IMG/VR virus record: IMGVR_UViG_3300048818_000143
Coordinates: 1-64,000 of that record
DNA from: a virus
Length of the DNA stretch: 64,000 nt
Reading direction: 5' to 3' (one strand)
Shown: one piece after another, positions 44,742 through 52,032 of the stretch
How the letters are laid out: every line of letters begins with the position of its first letter
Numbering within the stretch: position 1 is the first letter of the stretch
Program-made: the position numbers and the translations under genes
The notes under the pieces: generated by a model
What the model saw: only the letters and a program-made list of their open reading frames with translations
Databases searched by the model: none
Told to the model about the DNA's origin: nothing

Positions 44742-45115
44742 CCGCGCCGCTCGTATTTACCGCGCAGCCGCACGGTTGGAGCGCTCACCGAGCGCCCGCG
44801 GCTGACCTTTGGAAATTGCCCCGCTTCCCTGAAACGCAATAGCTGCGCGCGTAGAGTCTCCGGGTTTATTTCCAGCCCTTCGCATACGAAATTGAAGCTA
44901 CACGGATGGTGCGCCGTGTTTTCGATCCAGTCCCACGCCTGCTGAATTATTACTTTGTGATTGAGGTTCCCTGAAAAACGCCCCGAAACCACTCGCACCG
45001 CATCTTCTAATAGAGCCAGCCATAGGCGAGAGTATCCGTCGCGTCCGCGGGATTTGCGCAGGTCCGCGAACTGCTCCGGCAGCATCGTGTCGGGCGTCAG
45101 ATTCTCGAGGTCCAT
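44738..45115 (-). CDS. hypothetical protein (125 aa), paralog of 59128-59496
   Basis: Shares L.LA.LE.A.R....A..WI......F..VCEGL.I......LL with the plus-strand gene at 59128. Confidence 0.6.
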   Translation of the reverse strand: MDLENLTPDTMLPEQFADLRKSRGRDGYSRLWLALLEDAVRVVSGRFSGNLNHKVIIQQAWDWIENTAHHPCSFNFVCEGLEINPETLRAQLLRFREAGQFPKVSRGRSVSAPTVRLRGKYERRG

Positions 45116-45116
45116 C

Positions 45117-45293
45117 TTACTTGCTCGTCATCTTACTCAAATCGATTCGGGGGTGCATCGCGCTGTAGTGCTCGACCTGGCACTCCGGCTTGCAATACTT
45201 CTTCTTTCGGCCGCGCTGCCCTTTGGGAGTCTCAGCTAAGACCGTCTCGCAGCCCGGCCGCGCGCACACCCTACTCTGCGGCTGGTTGCTCAT
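45117..45293 (-). CDS. small Zn-ribbon protein (58 aa, below the ORF-track cutoff)
   Basis: Hand translation: MSNQPQSRVCARPGCETVLAETPKGQRGRKKKYCKPECQVEHYSAMHPRIDLSKMTSK. It has a CxxxC...CxxxC pattern, and its stop lies 1 nt before the next start. Confidence 0.4.
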   Translation of the reverse strand: MSNQPQSRVCARPGCETVLAETPKGQRGRKKKYCKPECQVEHYSAMHPRIDLSKMTSK

Positions 45294-46158
45294 CTTGAGC
45301 CTCCGCCTTCTTTTTCGACTTCACACCCTTGGGACGGCCCGCCTTCTTTTTGGGCTTGGGTTCCGGCTCGGGCTCGTAATCCGCGATCGCCTGCACCATG
45401 TCGCGCGTCGCGACCAGCGTATGCCCCAGCGGCCCTAAATCCTCTCCAAAGCCCGTCAGAGCCTTTGCGATGTCCTCGAACCGCGACTGGTCCGTCTTGC
45501 CCTTGTCGAGGTCGGCCATGAGCTTCTCTGCGCTCTTGACGAACTGCTCGCAATGCTTGATGCCCTTCTTCAGCGCCGGCTCGAGCTCTTTGTTCACGAG
45601 CTTGGTAAAATCCTGCGCGCTCAAGCGCTGCTTGCGAACTTTTCCCTTCTTGGTCTGGACCGTACCCTTGGGCTTGCCCCGCTTTTTCTCCCGGCCCTGC
45701 GTCTCGCGGATATTGGTCCGGAGCTCTTCCCGCGTCCATTTATTATCGGCCGCCAGCCCGAGCCACGCTTTTCGCTGCTCTGGGTCTTTGATACCGGCCA
45801 CTACCTGATGGCAGCTCCAAGACAGTTCCGGGCGCCGCTCTTCGAATCGAATCGTCCGCGCCACGTACATCGCCGCCGTCAGCGTTCCAGGGTCGTATCC
45901 CATCACGTCGACGAACTGCGAGTACGCCTCGCCATAATGCGCTTCGCCGAAATTCGCCAGGTCGCCCGCAATCCAATATTGCGCATCGGCGTAATTTTTC
46001 GCCGCCGCCAAAAGATCTGCCCAACGCTCCTGCTCGAGGTCGTCCGGCAAACCTTCCAGCCCTACCGGCGTCACATAGCGAGCAATCGCGATCTGGCGAT
46101 CTTCCCGGACCGCTAGTTCCTGAGTTTGAGTTTCCTGAATTCCGTTTTCTTCACTCAT
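45271..46158 (-). CDS. putative DNA-binding protein (295 aa) with Lys-rich C-terminus
   Basis: The YWIAGDLANFGEAHYGEAYSQF...LSWSCHQVVAGI...WLGLAADNKWTREELR pattern resembles plasmid/phage ParB-associated or DUF3102-type proteins (from memory). Basic KKRGKPKG tracts. Confidence 0.6.
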   Translation of the reverse strand: MSEENGIQETQTQELAVREDRQIAIARYVTPVGLEGLPDDLEQERWADLLAAAKNYADAQYWIAGDLANFGEAHYGEAYSQFVDVMGYDPGTLTAAMYVARTIRFEERRPELSWSCHQVVAGIKDPEQRKAWLGLAADNKWTREELRTNIRETQGREKKRGKPKGTVQTKKGKVRKQRLSAQDFTKLVNKELEPALKKGIKHCEQFVKSAEKLMADLDKGKTDQSRFEDIAKALTGFGEDLGPLGHTLVATRDMVQAIADYEPEPEPKPKKKAGRPKGVKSKKKAEAQDEQPAAE

Positions 46159-46208
46159 AATTCCCTTAACCTAATTTCTTGGGCGAGTAATTGCAAGAGG
46201 TCGACCGC

Positions 46209-46868
46209 TCATGTTTCCCTCGCTTCAACCGCGCGGCAGATGGCCTCGCCGATCTCGTAGGGTATCTTGGCGCGTTCCGCAGCTCTGTCCTCGGTCGGCC
46301 ATAGACTTTCTTTCGGTATGCGCTTTACTTGGGGCAGCAGTGTCGGAATGCGCCCCCAGAAATAATGACCCGCGATATTAGACAGAACTGGACCTAAGAC
46401 CGGAGTCAGCCATTTGCGGGAATGAATGGTGTTCTCGATTATCCATGCGCCAGGCTTCAGGTAATCCACCCAAGCCCGACAAGCCCGAGCTATTTCGATA
46501 CCCTCATCCGGTGGCCCGATCGGATCGTAGGGGGAAACTGGTATCCAGTCGTCTATCGGAGGGCATTTACAATCATAGGCGTGCTTTCGATGAATGTTGC
46601 ACCAGAAATCATCGCAGCACTCGCATCGAGTCCAAGGCGCCTTTGCTTTCCACGGAAGCGCATTGCGTGCGAACTCCTGGCATGGCGGGCTCGCCCACAG
46701 CACATCGACATGAAACGGCTTCAGCGGCAGTGCGCGAACGTCGGCCACGATGCTTGGGGAAAACCTTGCGTCAATATCGACGGTGATAACTTTCCATCCT
46801 CTGTCGAGCGCCGGCTGACTGGCGCCGCCAAGTCCGGAACAAAGGTCGAGCCATACGAGTTTCCTCAC
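46209..46868 (-). CDS. DNA (cytosine-5) methyltransferase, compact (219 aa)
   Basis: GTG start (GAAGGA RBS, GTGA overlap with the upstream stop). Motif I WLDLCSGLGG, motif IV SPPCQEF, motif VI IIENT. A Cys-rich insert CECCDDFWCNIHRKHAYDCKCPP. The C-terminal AKIPYEIGEAI is motif-X-like. Confidence 0.75.
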   Translation of the reverse strand: MRKLVWLDLCSGLGGASQPALDRGWKVITVDIDARFSPSIVADVRALPLKPFHVDVLWASPPCQEFARNALPWKAKAPWTRCECCDDFWCNIHRKHAYDCKCPPIDDWIPVSPYDPIGPPDEGIEIARACRAWVDYLKPGAWIIENTIHSRKWLTPVLGPVLSNIAGHYFWGRIPTLLPQVKRIPKESLWPTEDRAAERAKIPYEIGEAICRAVEARET

Positions 46869-47272
46869 GCCAATTCCTTCGCCAACTGGCAATACTCGCA
46901 ACTCGGCTCAAATTTCCGGTGCGTTGAACACTGATACTTTTCTGCCGATGCGACTGGCCGCGCACCGGATTTTTCGGAGCGCCGCTCTTTCACAACCTCT
47001 ACCGGAATTTCCGGCCGCCCTACACCAGACTTGCCAGGATCGCCGCGTGCAACTCTGTGTACGTCGCTACCGTCTCCACCCTCCCCGCCGGCTCCATGTG
47101 CAACATCAGATCGCGCGCTATTTCCGCCGCCTGCTCTTTCCTCGACCCGATCCTCCCCTCCTCCCGCCGCTCGCGCCGCTCTCTTTTCCAATCCTCGCTT
47201 CCCACATTCCTTCGGGTCGAGTCTCCAACATTCGTGCTCGTCTCCACATCCACACCTCCTTGTAGGGTACAT
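46865..47272 (-). CDS. hypothetical Cys-containing protein (about 135 aa; start uncertain)
   Basis: Supported mainly by the GTGA coupling to the methyltransferase start and by Cys clusters (RRCGCGDEHECW, YQCSTHRKFEPSCEYC). The middle is Gly/Arg/Glu-rich and weak. An ATG at 47350 is also possible. Confidence 0.35.
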   Translation of the reverse strand: MYPTRRCGCGDEHECWRLDPKECGKRGLEKRAARAAGGGEDRVEERAGGGNSARSDVAHGAGGEGGDGSDVHRVARGDPGKSGVGRPEIPVEVVKERRSEKSGARPVASAEKYQCSTHRKFEPSCEYCQLAKELA

Positions 47273-47380
47273 ACCCCCTTTATACCCTATACCCCCTAGG
47301 GAGTCTACCCCCAAGGATCCCAGACCTATGAAAATACTAAGCGTGTTCAACTACCCTACGACTGAGGAGGGGTACCCCGG
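47268..47380 (+). repeat. cluster of TACCC(CC) direct repeats
   Basis: The sequence reads GGGTACATACCCCCTTTATACCCTATACCCCCTAGGGAGTCTACCCCCAAGG ... CTACCCTACG ... GGGTACCCCGG. There are six or more copies in about 110 nt, at the 5' boundary of the leftward operon. Confidence 0.6.
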
Positions 47381-47529
47381 AAGGGATGCCGCCTAGGGAA
47401 CCCCGGACCTCGGACTCCCGAGGCTGACCGATGCTGCGTTGCTCTCTCTCCTACCACAGGTAGTAGGTGATTATGCTGACCGCTGCCTCTAGCTCTGTAG
47501 TGCTTCTCTGCGTAGGAGTAGAGCAGTCG

Positions 47530-47900
47530 CCTAAGTACTATTATGTCAACTAGGTTAGCTGCTCTCGGTCAGGCCAGTGCGTGGCGCTTGGGAGAGTGGT
47601 TAAACTCGAGGCGAGGCTAGGCGAGTGCGTTGCCATAGCTTGGCTCGGTAGGCGTGGAAGTGGAGAGGACAGAGAGGAGTAGCGTTGTAGTTGTGCGTGG
47701 CTAGGTTAGAGCATGATGAGTCTTTCCATAGGCAGGGTTGATTAGAAGGGTTGTTCGCTCTGTTGTTGGGTTTGTGGTGCGCTTGGGGGTTTGCGGGGCT
47801 TGGTGAGGCGCTGCGGGCTGATTGGCGCATGTTTCTATCGTCCTATATGCGAGGCTTTGAGGTGCGCTGCTTGATTAGGTGTTTGAGCGGCGCTCGAGCG
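47530..47900. other. non-coding, strongly G/T-skewed region with iterated GTGCG motifs and G-tracts (candidate origin or regulatory hub)
   Basis: No credible ORF, and the + strand is visibly poor in C. GTGCG occurs at 47577, 47625, 47693, 47777 and 47862 in the same orientation. GCGCTTGGG occurs twice, and CTAGGTTAG twice (47550, 47701). Seven GGG+ tracts lie between 47730 and 47820. It sits between divergent gene blocks. Confidence 0.5.
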
Positions 47901-47927
47901 CTTGATCCGCGATAACCGTTGCGCGCG

Positions 47928-48383
47928 CTATCTCCCCATTATGTGGTTGCACTGTTCGCGGTAGTTGCTCGGGATTGAGTGAAGCTTGCCGTCATTCTCT
48001 GGCGCTCCGCAAGCCTCGCACGCGAGCACCGGCGGCCGGCGCATCTGGTAGCTGTGTACGCTGCACGCCCTGAATCCGAAACCGTGATACCAGTGCATCA
48101 GCTTGGCGCGCGTAATTATCGGGCGGCCGCTGTCTGATTTAAACGGATCCGCAATCAGCGTTAGCTCTACCTGGTGCTGGTCGGCGAGCTCGCAGAGCTT
48201 GCGCATCGCGCGAGTGCCGGCGCCGCGGCCGGGCTCGAGCGCTTCGATGCTCGCGATCTGAATTGCTCCGTCATCGATGGCGAGCGTCACCGCGCAGCCC
48301 TCGAGCTCGCGCGCCCATTCTCGCGTGCTCTCCGGTAATTGCCCAAACTCTCCTATTAAAGCAGCGCTATTTGCGATTTTCAT
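47928..48383 (-). CDS. GNAT-family N-acetyltransferase (151 aa)
   Basis: IASIEALEPGRGAGTRAMRKLCELAD matches the acetyl-CoA-binding motif A (R/Q-x-x-G-x-G/A). A short Cys-containing C-terminal extension follows. Confidence 0.65.
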   Translation of the reverse strand: MKIANSAALIGEFGQLPESTREWARELEGCAVTLAIDDGAIQIASIEALEPGRGAGTRAMRKLCELADQHQVELTLIADPFKSDSGRPIITRAKLMHWYHGFGFRACSVHSYQMRRPPVLACEACGAPENDGKLHSIPSNYREQCNHIMGR

Positions 48384-48447
48384 CTAATCCAGCGTAGCGC
48401 TTTTCACCTACTCCCGCAAGGGCTTTAGATTTATTTCTCTTACCCTC

Positions 48448-48479
48448 TTGACAGACTTTGTATTATTCGATATGGAAAT
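48448..48479 (+). promoter_or_regulatory. putative early rightward promoter
   Basis: TTGACA (48448-48453), 17-nt spacer, then TATGGAAAT (from 48471). GGGAGG lies 9 nt before the ATG at 48521. Same architecture as 32176-32207. Confidence 0.4.
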
Positions 48480-48520
48480 AGGCGCAACGTAATTAACTCA
48501 GCTTTGGGAGGCTGACTATC

Positions 48521-48739
48521 ATGGAAACTAACGAGAGACTCGACCACGCGATTGCGGATCTTGGGCGTCGCGCTGGCGGCCCAGCGTCGGAGGAAGAAAT
48601 AGGTGCGTTGCGCGATATCCTGCATGTCGAGGGGTTTGGTGGACGTGAAGACAGCGCAACGACGATGCGAGCCGCGCGGAAGATTGCCAAAGAACGTATG
48701 ACCTGGCTGCGCAATCAGCGGGCCGAGGGGATGCGATGA
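48521..48739 (+). CDS. hypothetical early protein (72 aa)
   Basis: Strong RBS (GGGAGG). 4-nt overlap with the next ORF. Confidence 0.55.
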   Translation: METNERLDHAIADLGRRAGGPASEEEIGALRDILHVEGFGGREDSATTMRAARKIAKERMTWLRNQRAEGMR

Positions 48740-48936
48740 CCTCGCACAAATTCGAAGCCTGCAGGCGCAAGCGTTGCGCTGAATGCCCCGGCGCTTATTT
48801 TGATGATGCCGGCGAGCCGGTCAAGTGCTCATGCCCGCATCATGTTCAAGCCGCGCTATTCGGCGCCGTTCAATCTGTTCAACGCGATATGTTCGCCGAG
48901 GTGTCCAATGTCTCAAATAATTCGCGCGCATCCTGA
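48736..48936 (+). CDS. small Cys-rich protein (66 aa)
   Basis: ACRRKRCAECPG...KCSCPHH is Zn-binding-like. Translationally coupled to its neighbours. Confidence 0.5.
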   Translation: MTSHKFEACRRKRCAECPGAYFDDAGEPVKCSCPHHVQAALFGAVQSVQRDMFAEVSNVSNNSRAS

Positions 48937-49144
48937 CGACCCATCGTGCAACTGTGACGGTTGCGCGGTCGGCTACAAGATCAATCGTCAACGCGAGCAT
49001 GTTCACACGTGCTTGAACTGTAACAACGTGGTCGGCATCGGCGGTGCCGACTGTGAATCTAACCGCGATCATGATTTTGCGCTCTGCTACGATTGCTCAA
49101 ACCAGACGATGGAAGACGCCAGCCCATCTGAGAAACTGTCTTAA
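48908..49144 (+). CDS. small Cys-rich protein (78 aa)
   Basis: Internal ATG of the 48800-49144 ORF (MSQIIRAHPDDPSCNCDGCAVGY...CLNCNN...CYDC), with four CxxC-like pairs. Confidence 0.45.
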   Translation: MSQIIRAHPDDPSCNCDGCAVGYKINRQREHVHTCLNCNNVVGIGGADCESNRDHDFALCYDCSNQTMEDASPSEKLS

Positions 49145-49171
49145 ATCGGCTCTGTGCGCGAAGGATACATC

Positions 49172-49306
49172 ATGAAACCACGTCCAGTAGTATGCTGTTT
49201 TGCTTGTGGGCGCCGTTTTTTCTCCAAACGCTACAAACACGCCGCGCGCGATGTCGAGACCGTGCGGCGCATGTACTTGCACGTCTCACGTAAACACCGA
49301 AAGTAA
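49172..49306 (+). CDS. small basic Cys-containing peptide (44 aa, below the ORF-track cutoff)
   Basis: Hand translation: MKPRPVVCCFACGRRFFSKRYKHAARDVETVRRMYLHVSRKHRK. AAGGA RBS, followed by a terminator-like hairpin. Confidence 0.35.
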   Translation: MKPRPVVCCFACGRRFFSKRYKHAARDVETVRRMYLHVSRKHRK

Positions 49307-49320
49307 TAAGAATCTGCGCG

Positions 49321-49358
49321 AGCCCGGCCGCGTTTTCAAATAGCCGGGCTTTTGCTTT
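49321..49358 (+). terminator. rho-independent-type terminator
   Basis: AGCCCGGC (49321-49328) pairs with GCCGGGCT (49343-49350) around a 14-nt loop, followed by TTTGCTTT. Confidence 0.5.
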
Positions 49359-49611
49359 GGGAGGCAAAATATGAATCAGTTTCTGACCCTCGTTACTCTG
49401 ACCGCCGTCTATTTATCGTGGCGCGCGCAAACACCATTCAGGAGCATGACTCGCCGTGCCTTCCTCGTGATGAATGGGTGGACGGTGAAGCCATGAACCA
49501 GGCCGACGAATTTTTCGCTCGACGGCGCGCACGCATCAAATGGATCTGCTTTTGGTGCGTGGGCGCTTATGCGCTATTCCTCGTAGCTGCTCTGGTGGAG
49601 GGCTTCATTCG

Positions 49612-49911
49612 ATGACAACTCTAAAAGCACAGCTATTCTCTAAAGAGCAGATCACGGAATGGCTTTCGGCCGTCGACCCTGCCGTTCTTCAAGCGTCCCT
49701 CTCTGACGCCTCCGCACGAGCTAGCCAGCGTGTCGACTGGCTGAATGCGAACAATGGACCGGCAACGATCGAATGGCTGCGCTACGTGCTCAAAAAAGAG
49801 GGCGGAATAGAAACTCCCCCTATTACTATCGACCACGTCCAGCTCATTCTTATCATGGAGTATTTTTTAGAAAACAACTTCGACAAGATGATCGAGGATT
49901 TAAGCAAGTGA
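49612..49911 (+). CDS. hypothetical protein (99 aa)
   Basis: Internal ATG (MTTLKAQLFSKEQITEW...), immediately upstream of the AAA+ gene. Confidence 0.5.
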   Translation: MTTLKAQLFSKEQITEWLSAVDPAVLQASLSDASARASQRVDWLNANNGPATIEWLRYVLKKEGGIETPPITIDHVQLILIMEYFLENNFDKMIEDLSK

Positions 49912-49913
49912 AG

Positions 49914-51416
49914 ATGACAGATTCTCTCAAACGCGCGCGCGCGGTAGGCGTGCCGATCGTTGCGATTACTACGCAAGATCAGCCGAACACCGTGGCGCAA
50001 ATTGCCGGCGCTCTTAACGGCTCGATGCCTCTTCTATGCTGGGATGTGGTCCGCGGCTATTCGCCGCTGAATGAGCCCGGAATCGACGCCAAGGCGAAGA
50101 TTCTCGAAAAGCACGATGAGATGGGGCTAACCAATTTCGCCGAGGCGCTTATAGCGGCGCTCGAATTGCCCGAACGGTCGATACTGATTTGTTTCAACGC
50201 GCATCGATTCTTAGATGACCCGGCGCCGTGCCAAGCTTTGATGAACCTGCGCAATCTCTTCAAGAATTCGCAACGCACAATCGTTCTCCTGGCGCCAGGC
50301 TTTTCGCTGCCGGCCGAGCTCGCCCAGGATGTGCTTTTGCTCGATGAACCGCTCCCATCTGAGGATGAGATCCGCGTCTCATTTGGGAAGCTGGCGACTG
50401 AGAACGAGCTAGCGATGGAAGATGACACGCTCGAGCGCGCGACTGATGCGTTGCGAGGGCTGGCCGCGTTTGCCGGCGAGCAAGCGAGTGCGCTTTCTAT
50501 CCAGGCTGACCGTAGCGTTTCACTTCCTGAATTGTGGGCGCGCAAAAAAGCGATGCTTCCGAAGGGCCTCGAGCTCGAATATCCGTCTCAAACTTTCGAT
50601 GACATCGGCGGCGCCGTGGCCGTGAAAGCGTTCTTCAATCAGCTAGGCGCCGGGCCTCGCAAGTTTCGTGTCGTGATTATCATAGACGAAATCGAGAAGC
50701 TGGTGGCCGGCGCTGGTGGCGACTCTGGTCTAGGCGACAGCTCCGGCACGTCTCAAGATGCAATGGCCGTGCTTCTAACTGAGCTCGAAGACCGCGACTA
50801 TTTCGGGATCACTCACTTCGGACCTCCGGGAACCGGGAAGACTTACACCGCGCGCGCGATCGCTGCGACGTTCGGGCTTCCGTGCGTCAGGATGGATACG
50901 GGCGCGATGAAAGGGCGGTATGTTGGTGACAGCGAAGGCGCAATCAGAGCGGCGCTTAAAGCGATTTATGCGCTGGCCGGCGATGGCGGCGCTTTGATCG
51001 TCGCGACTACTAACCAGTTTGGATCGTTGCCGACTGCGTTACGCGATCGACTCGCCAAGCTGGGGGTTTGGTTCTATGACCTGCCAACAGCGGCCGAGCG
51101 TAGCGCGATCGCGAAACTCCAGGCCAAGCATTATGGACTGAAGGCGAAAGACGCCGCGGCATTCTTCGAGCCGCTCGAGGGCTGGTCTGGGCGCAACATC
51201 CGCAATTGTTGCGAGCTGGCCCAGGCGCTGGCGTGCGACTTCGCCGAGGCGTCAAAATACGTTATCCCGCAGGCGCAACAAGAGCCCGCGGGCCTCGAGC
51301 GCTTGCGCAAGATGGCGGAGGGTCGGTTTCTATCGGCTAGCACGCCAGGCGTCTACAAGGCCGCGCGCGTTAAAGAGTCTCTAACTCCAGAATCAGGAAG
51401 GAAGGTAAATCTATGA
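49914..51416 (+). CDS. AAA+ ATPase, Ycf46-like N-terminal domain, with Walker B block preceding Walker A block
   Basis: 500 aa from MTDSLKRARAVGVPIVAITT. The N-domain pattern (..PLLCWDVVRGY....ILICFNAHRFLDDP...LRNLFKNSQRTIVLL.P....P.EL...VLLLDEPLP) resembles cyanobacterial/plastid Ycf46. VVIIIDEIEK + GDSSGTSQDAMAVLLTELE lies at nt 50670-50780. GPPGTGKT is at nt 50820-50843. Sensor-1-like LIVATTN is at nt 50994-51014. Confidence 0.8.
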   Translation: MTDSLKRARAVGVPIVAITTQDQPNTVAQIAGALNGSMPLLCWDVVRGYSPLNEPGIDAKAKILEKHDEMGLTNFAEALIAALELPERSILICFNAHRFLDDPAPCQALMNLRNLFKNSQRTIVLLAPGFSLPAELAQDVLLLDEPLPSEDEIRVSFGKLATENELAMEDDTLERATDALRGLAAFAGEQASALSIQADRSVSLPELWARKKAMLPKGLELEYPSQTFDDIGGAVAVKAFFNQLGAGPRKFRVVIIIDEIEKLVAGAGGDSGLGDSSGTSQDAMAVLLTELEDRDYFGITHFGPPGTGKTYTARAIAATFGLPCVRMDTGAMKGRYVGDSEGAIRAALKAIYALAGDGGALIVATTNQFGSLPTALRDRLAKLGVWFYDLPTAAERSAIAKLQAKHYGLKAKDAAAFFEPLEGWSGRNIRNCCELAQALACDFAEASKYVIPQAQQEPAGLERLRKMAEGRFLSASTPGVYKAARVKESLTPESGRKVNL

Positions 51417-51853
51417 GTCACATCGTTAAGATCGCGATCGAAGTTAAAGACCTCGACGCATTGGCGGCCGCGGCGCGCGCGTTGGGCCTCGAGCTGATGC
51501 GCGGACAGCGCACTTACAGGCATTACGGCGCGCACGAGGCGCAGACCGGGCTTCCCGAGGGCTTCACGATGAAAGACTTGGGACAGTGCGAGCACGCGCT
51601 GCGCATCGTCGGTGCCGACAAGGAGGCTTGCGAGATTGGCATCGCGCGCCGGCGCGACGGTCGACCGGGCTATGTCCTGCTGGCCGACATGTTTAGTTAT
51701 GGGCAGCTGCCCGAACACGTGGGCGCGAACTGCGAAAAGCTCAAGCAGAACTACTCAAGCGAAGTTGCGCGCCGCACGCTCCAAAAGCAGGGCTATCGAG
51801 TCACTTCCGCAACTAAGGCCGATGGTCGCATCGTCCTGCAGGCGACACGATGA
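51413..51853 (+). CDS. DUF1257 (Ycf35-like) family protein (146 aa)
   Basis: MSHIVKIAIEVKDLDALAAAARALGLEL ... EIGIARRRDGRPGYVLLADMF ... LKQNYSSEVARRTLQKQGYRV....DGRIVL fits the remembered DUF1257 consensus. 4-nt overlap with the AAA+ gene. Confidence 0.6.
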   Translation: MSHIVKIAIEVKDLDALAAAARALGLELMRGQRTYRHYGAHEAQTGLPEGFTMKDLGQCEHALRIVGADKEACEIGIARRRDGRPGYVLLADMFSYGQLPEHVGANCEKLKQNYSSEVARRTLQKQGYRVTSATKADGRIVLQATR

Positions 51854-52032
51854 GCGAAACAATCACAGTGGAAATCGAGCTCGATGGTTCCTCGACGGTC
51901 TCCGTCGCAGGCGTCAAAGGGAAACGTTGTAAAGACATCACGCGCCAGGTTGAGGCGGCGCTTGGTAAAGTCACGGCCGACACGCCGACAGGGGAGATGG
52001 CACAACGTGAAACCGTTAAAGCTGCTAATTGA
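51850..52032 (+). CDS. DUF2997-like small protein (60 aa)
   Basis: ITVEIELDGSSTVSVAGVKGKRCKDITRQVEAALGKV fits the remembered DUF2997 pattern (I.I..DG.V...V.G..G..C...T..lE..LG.V). 4-nt overlap with the upstream gene. Confidence 0.55.
   Translation: MSETITVEIELDGSSTVSVAGVKGKRCKDITRQVEAALGKVTADTPTGEMAQRETVKAAN

Noticed and set aside
47600-47830. 76-aa minus-strand ORF in the G/T-skewed region.
   Set aside because: The Pro/Asn/His/Ala-rich translation simply mirrors the C/A-rich strand. There is no RBS or coupling, so the region is treated as non-coding.
49371-49615. Two tiny ORFs after the terminator: 41 aa from 49371, and a 40-aa TM peptide from 49494.
   Set aside because: Both are plausible (a GGGAGG lies before 49371), but they are too short to support without comparative data. 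The 87-aa ORF-track entry 49352-49615 mixes them with an unlikely N-terminus.
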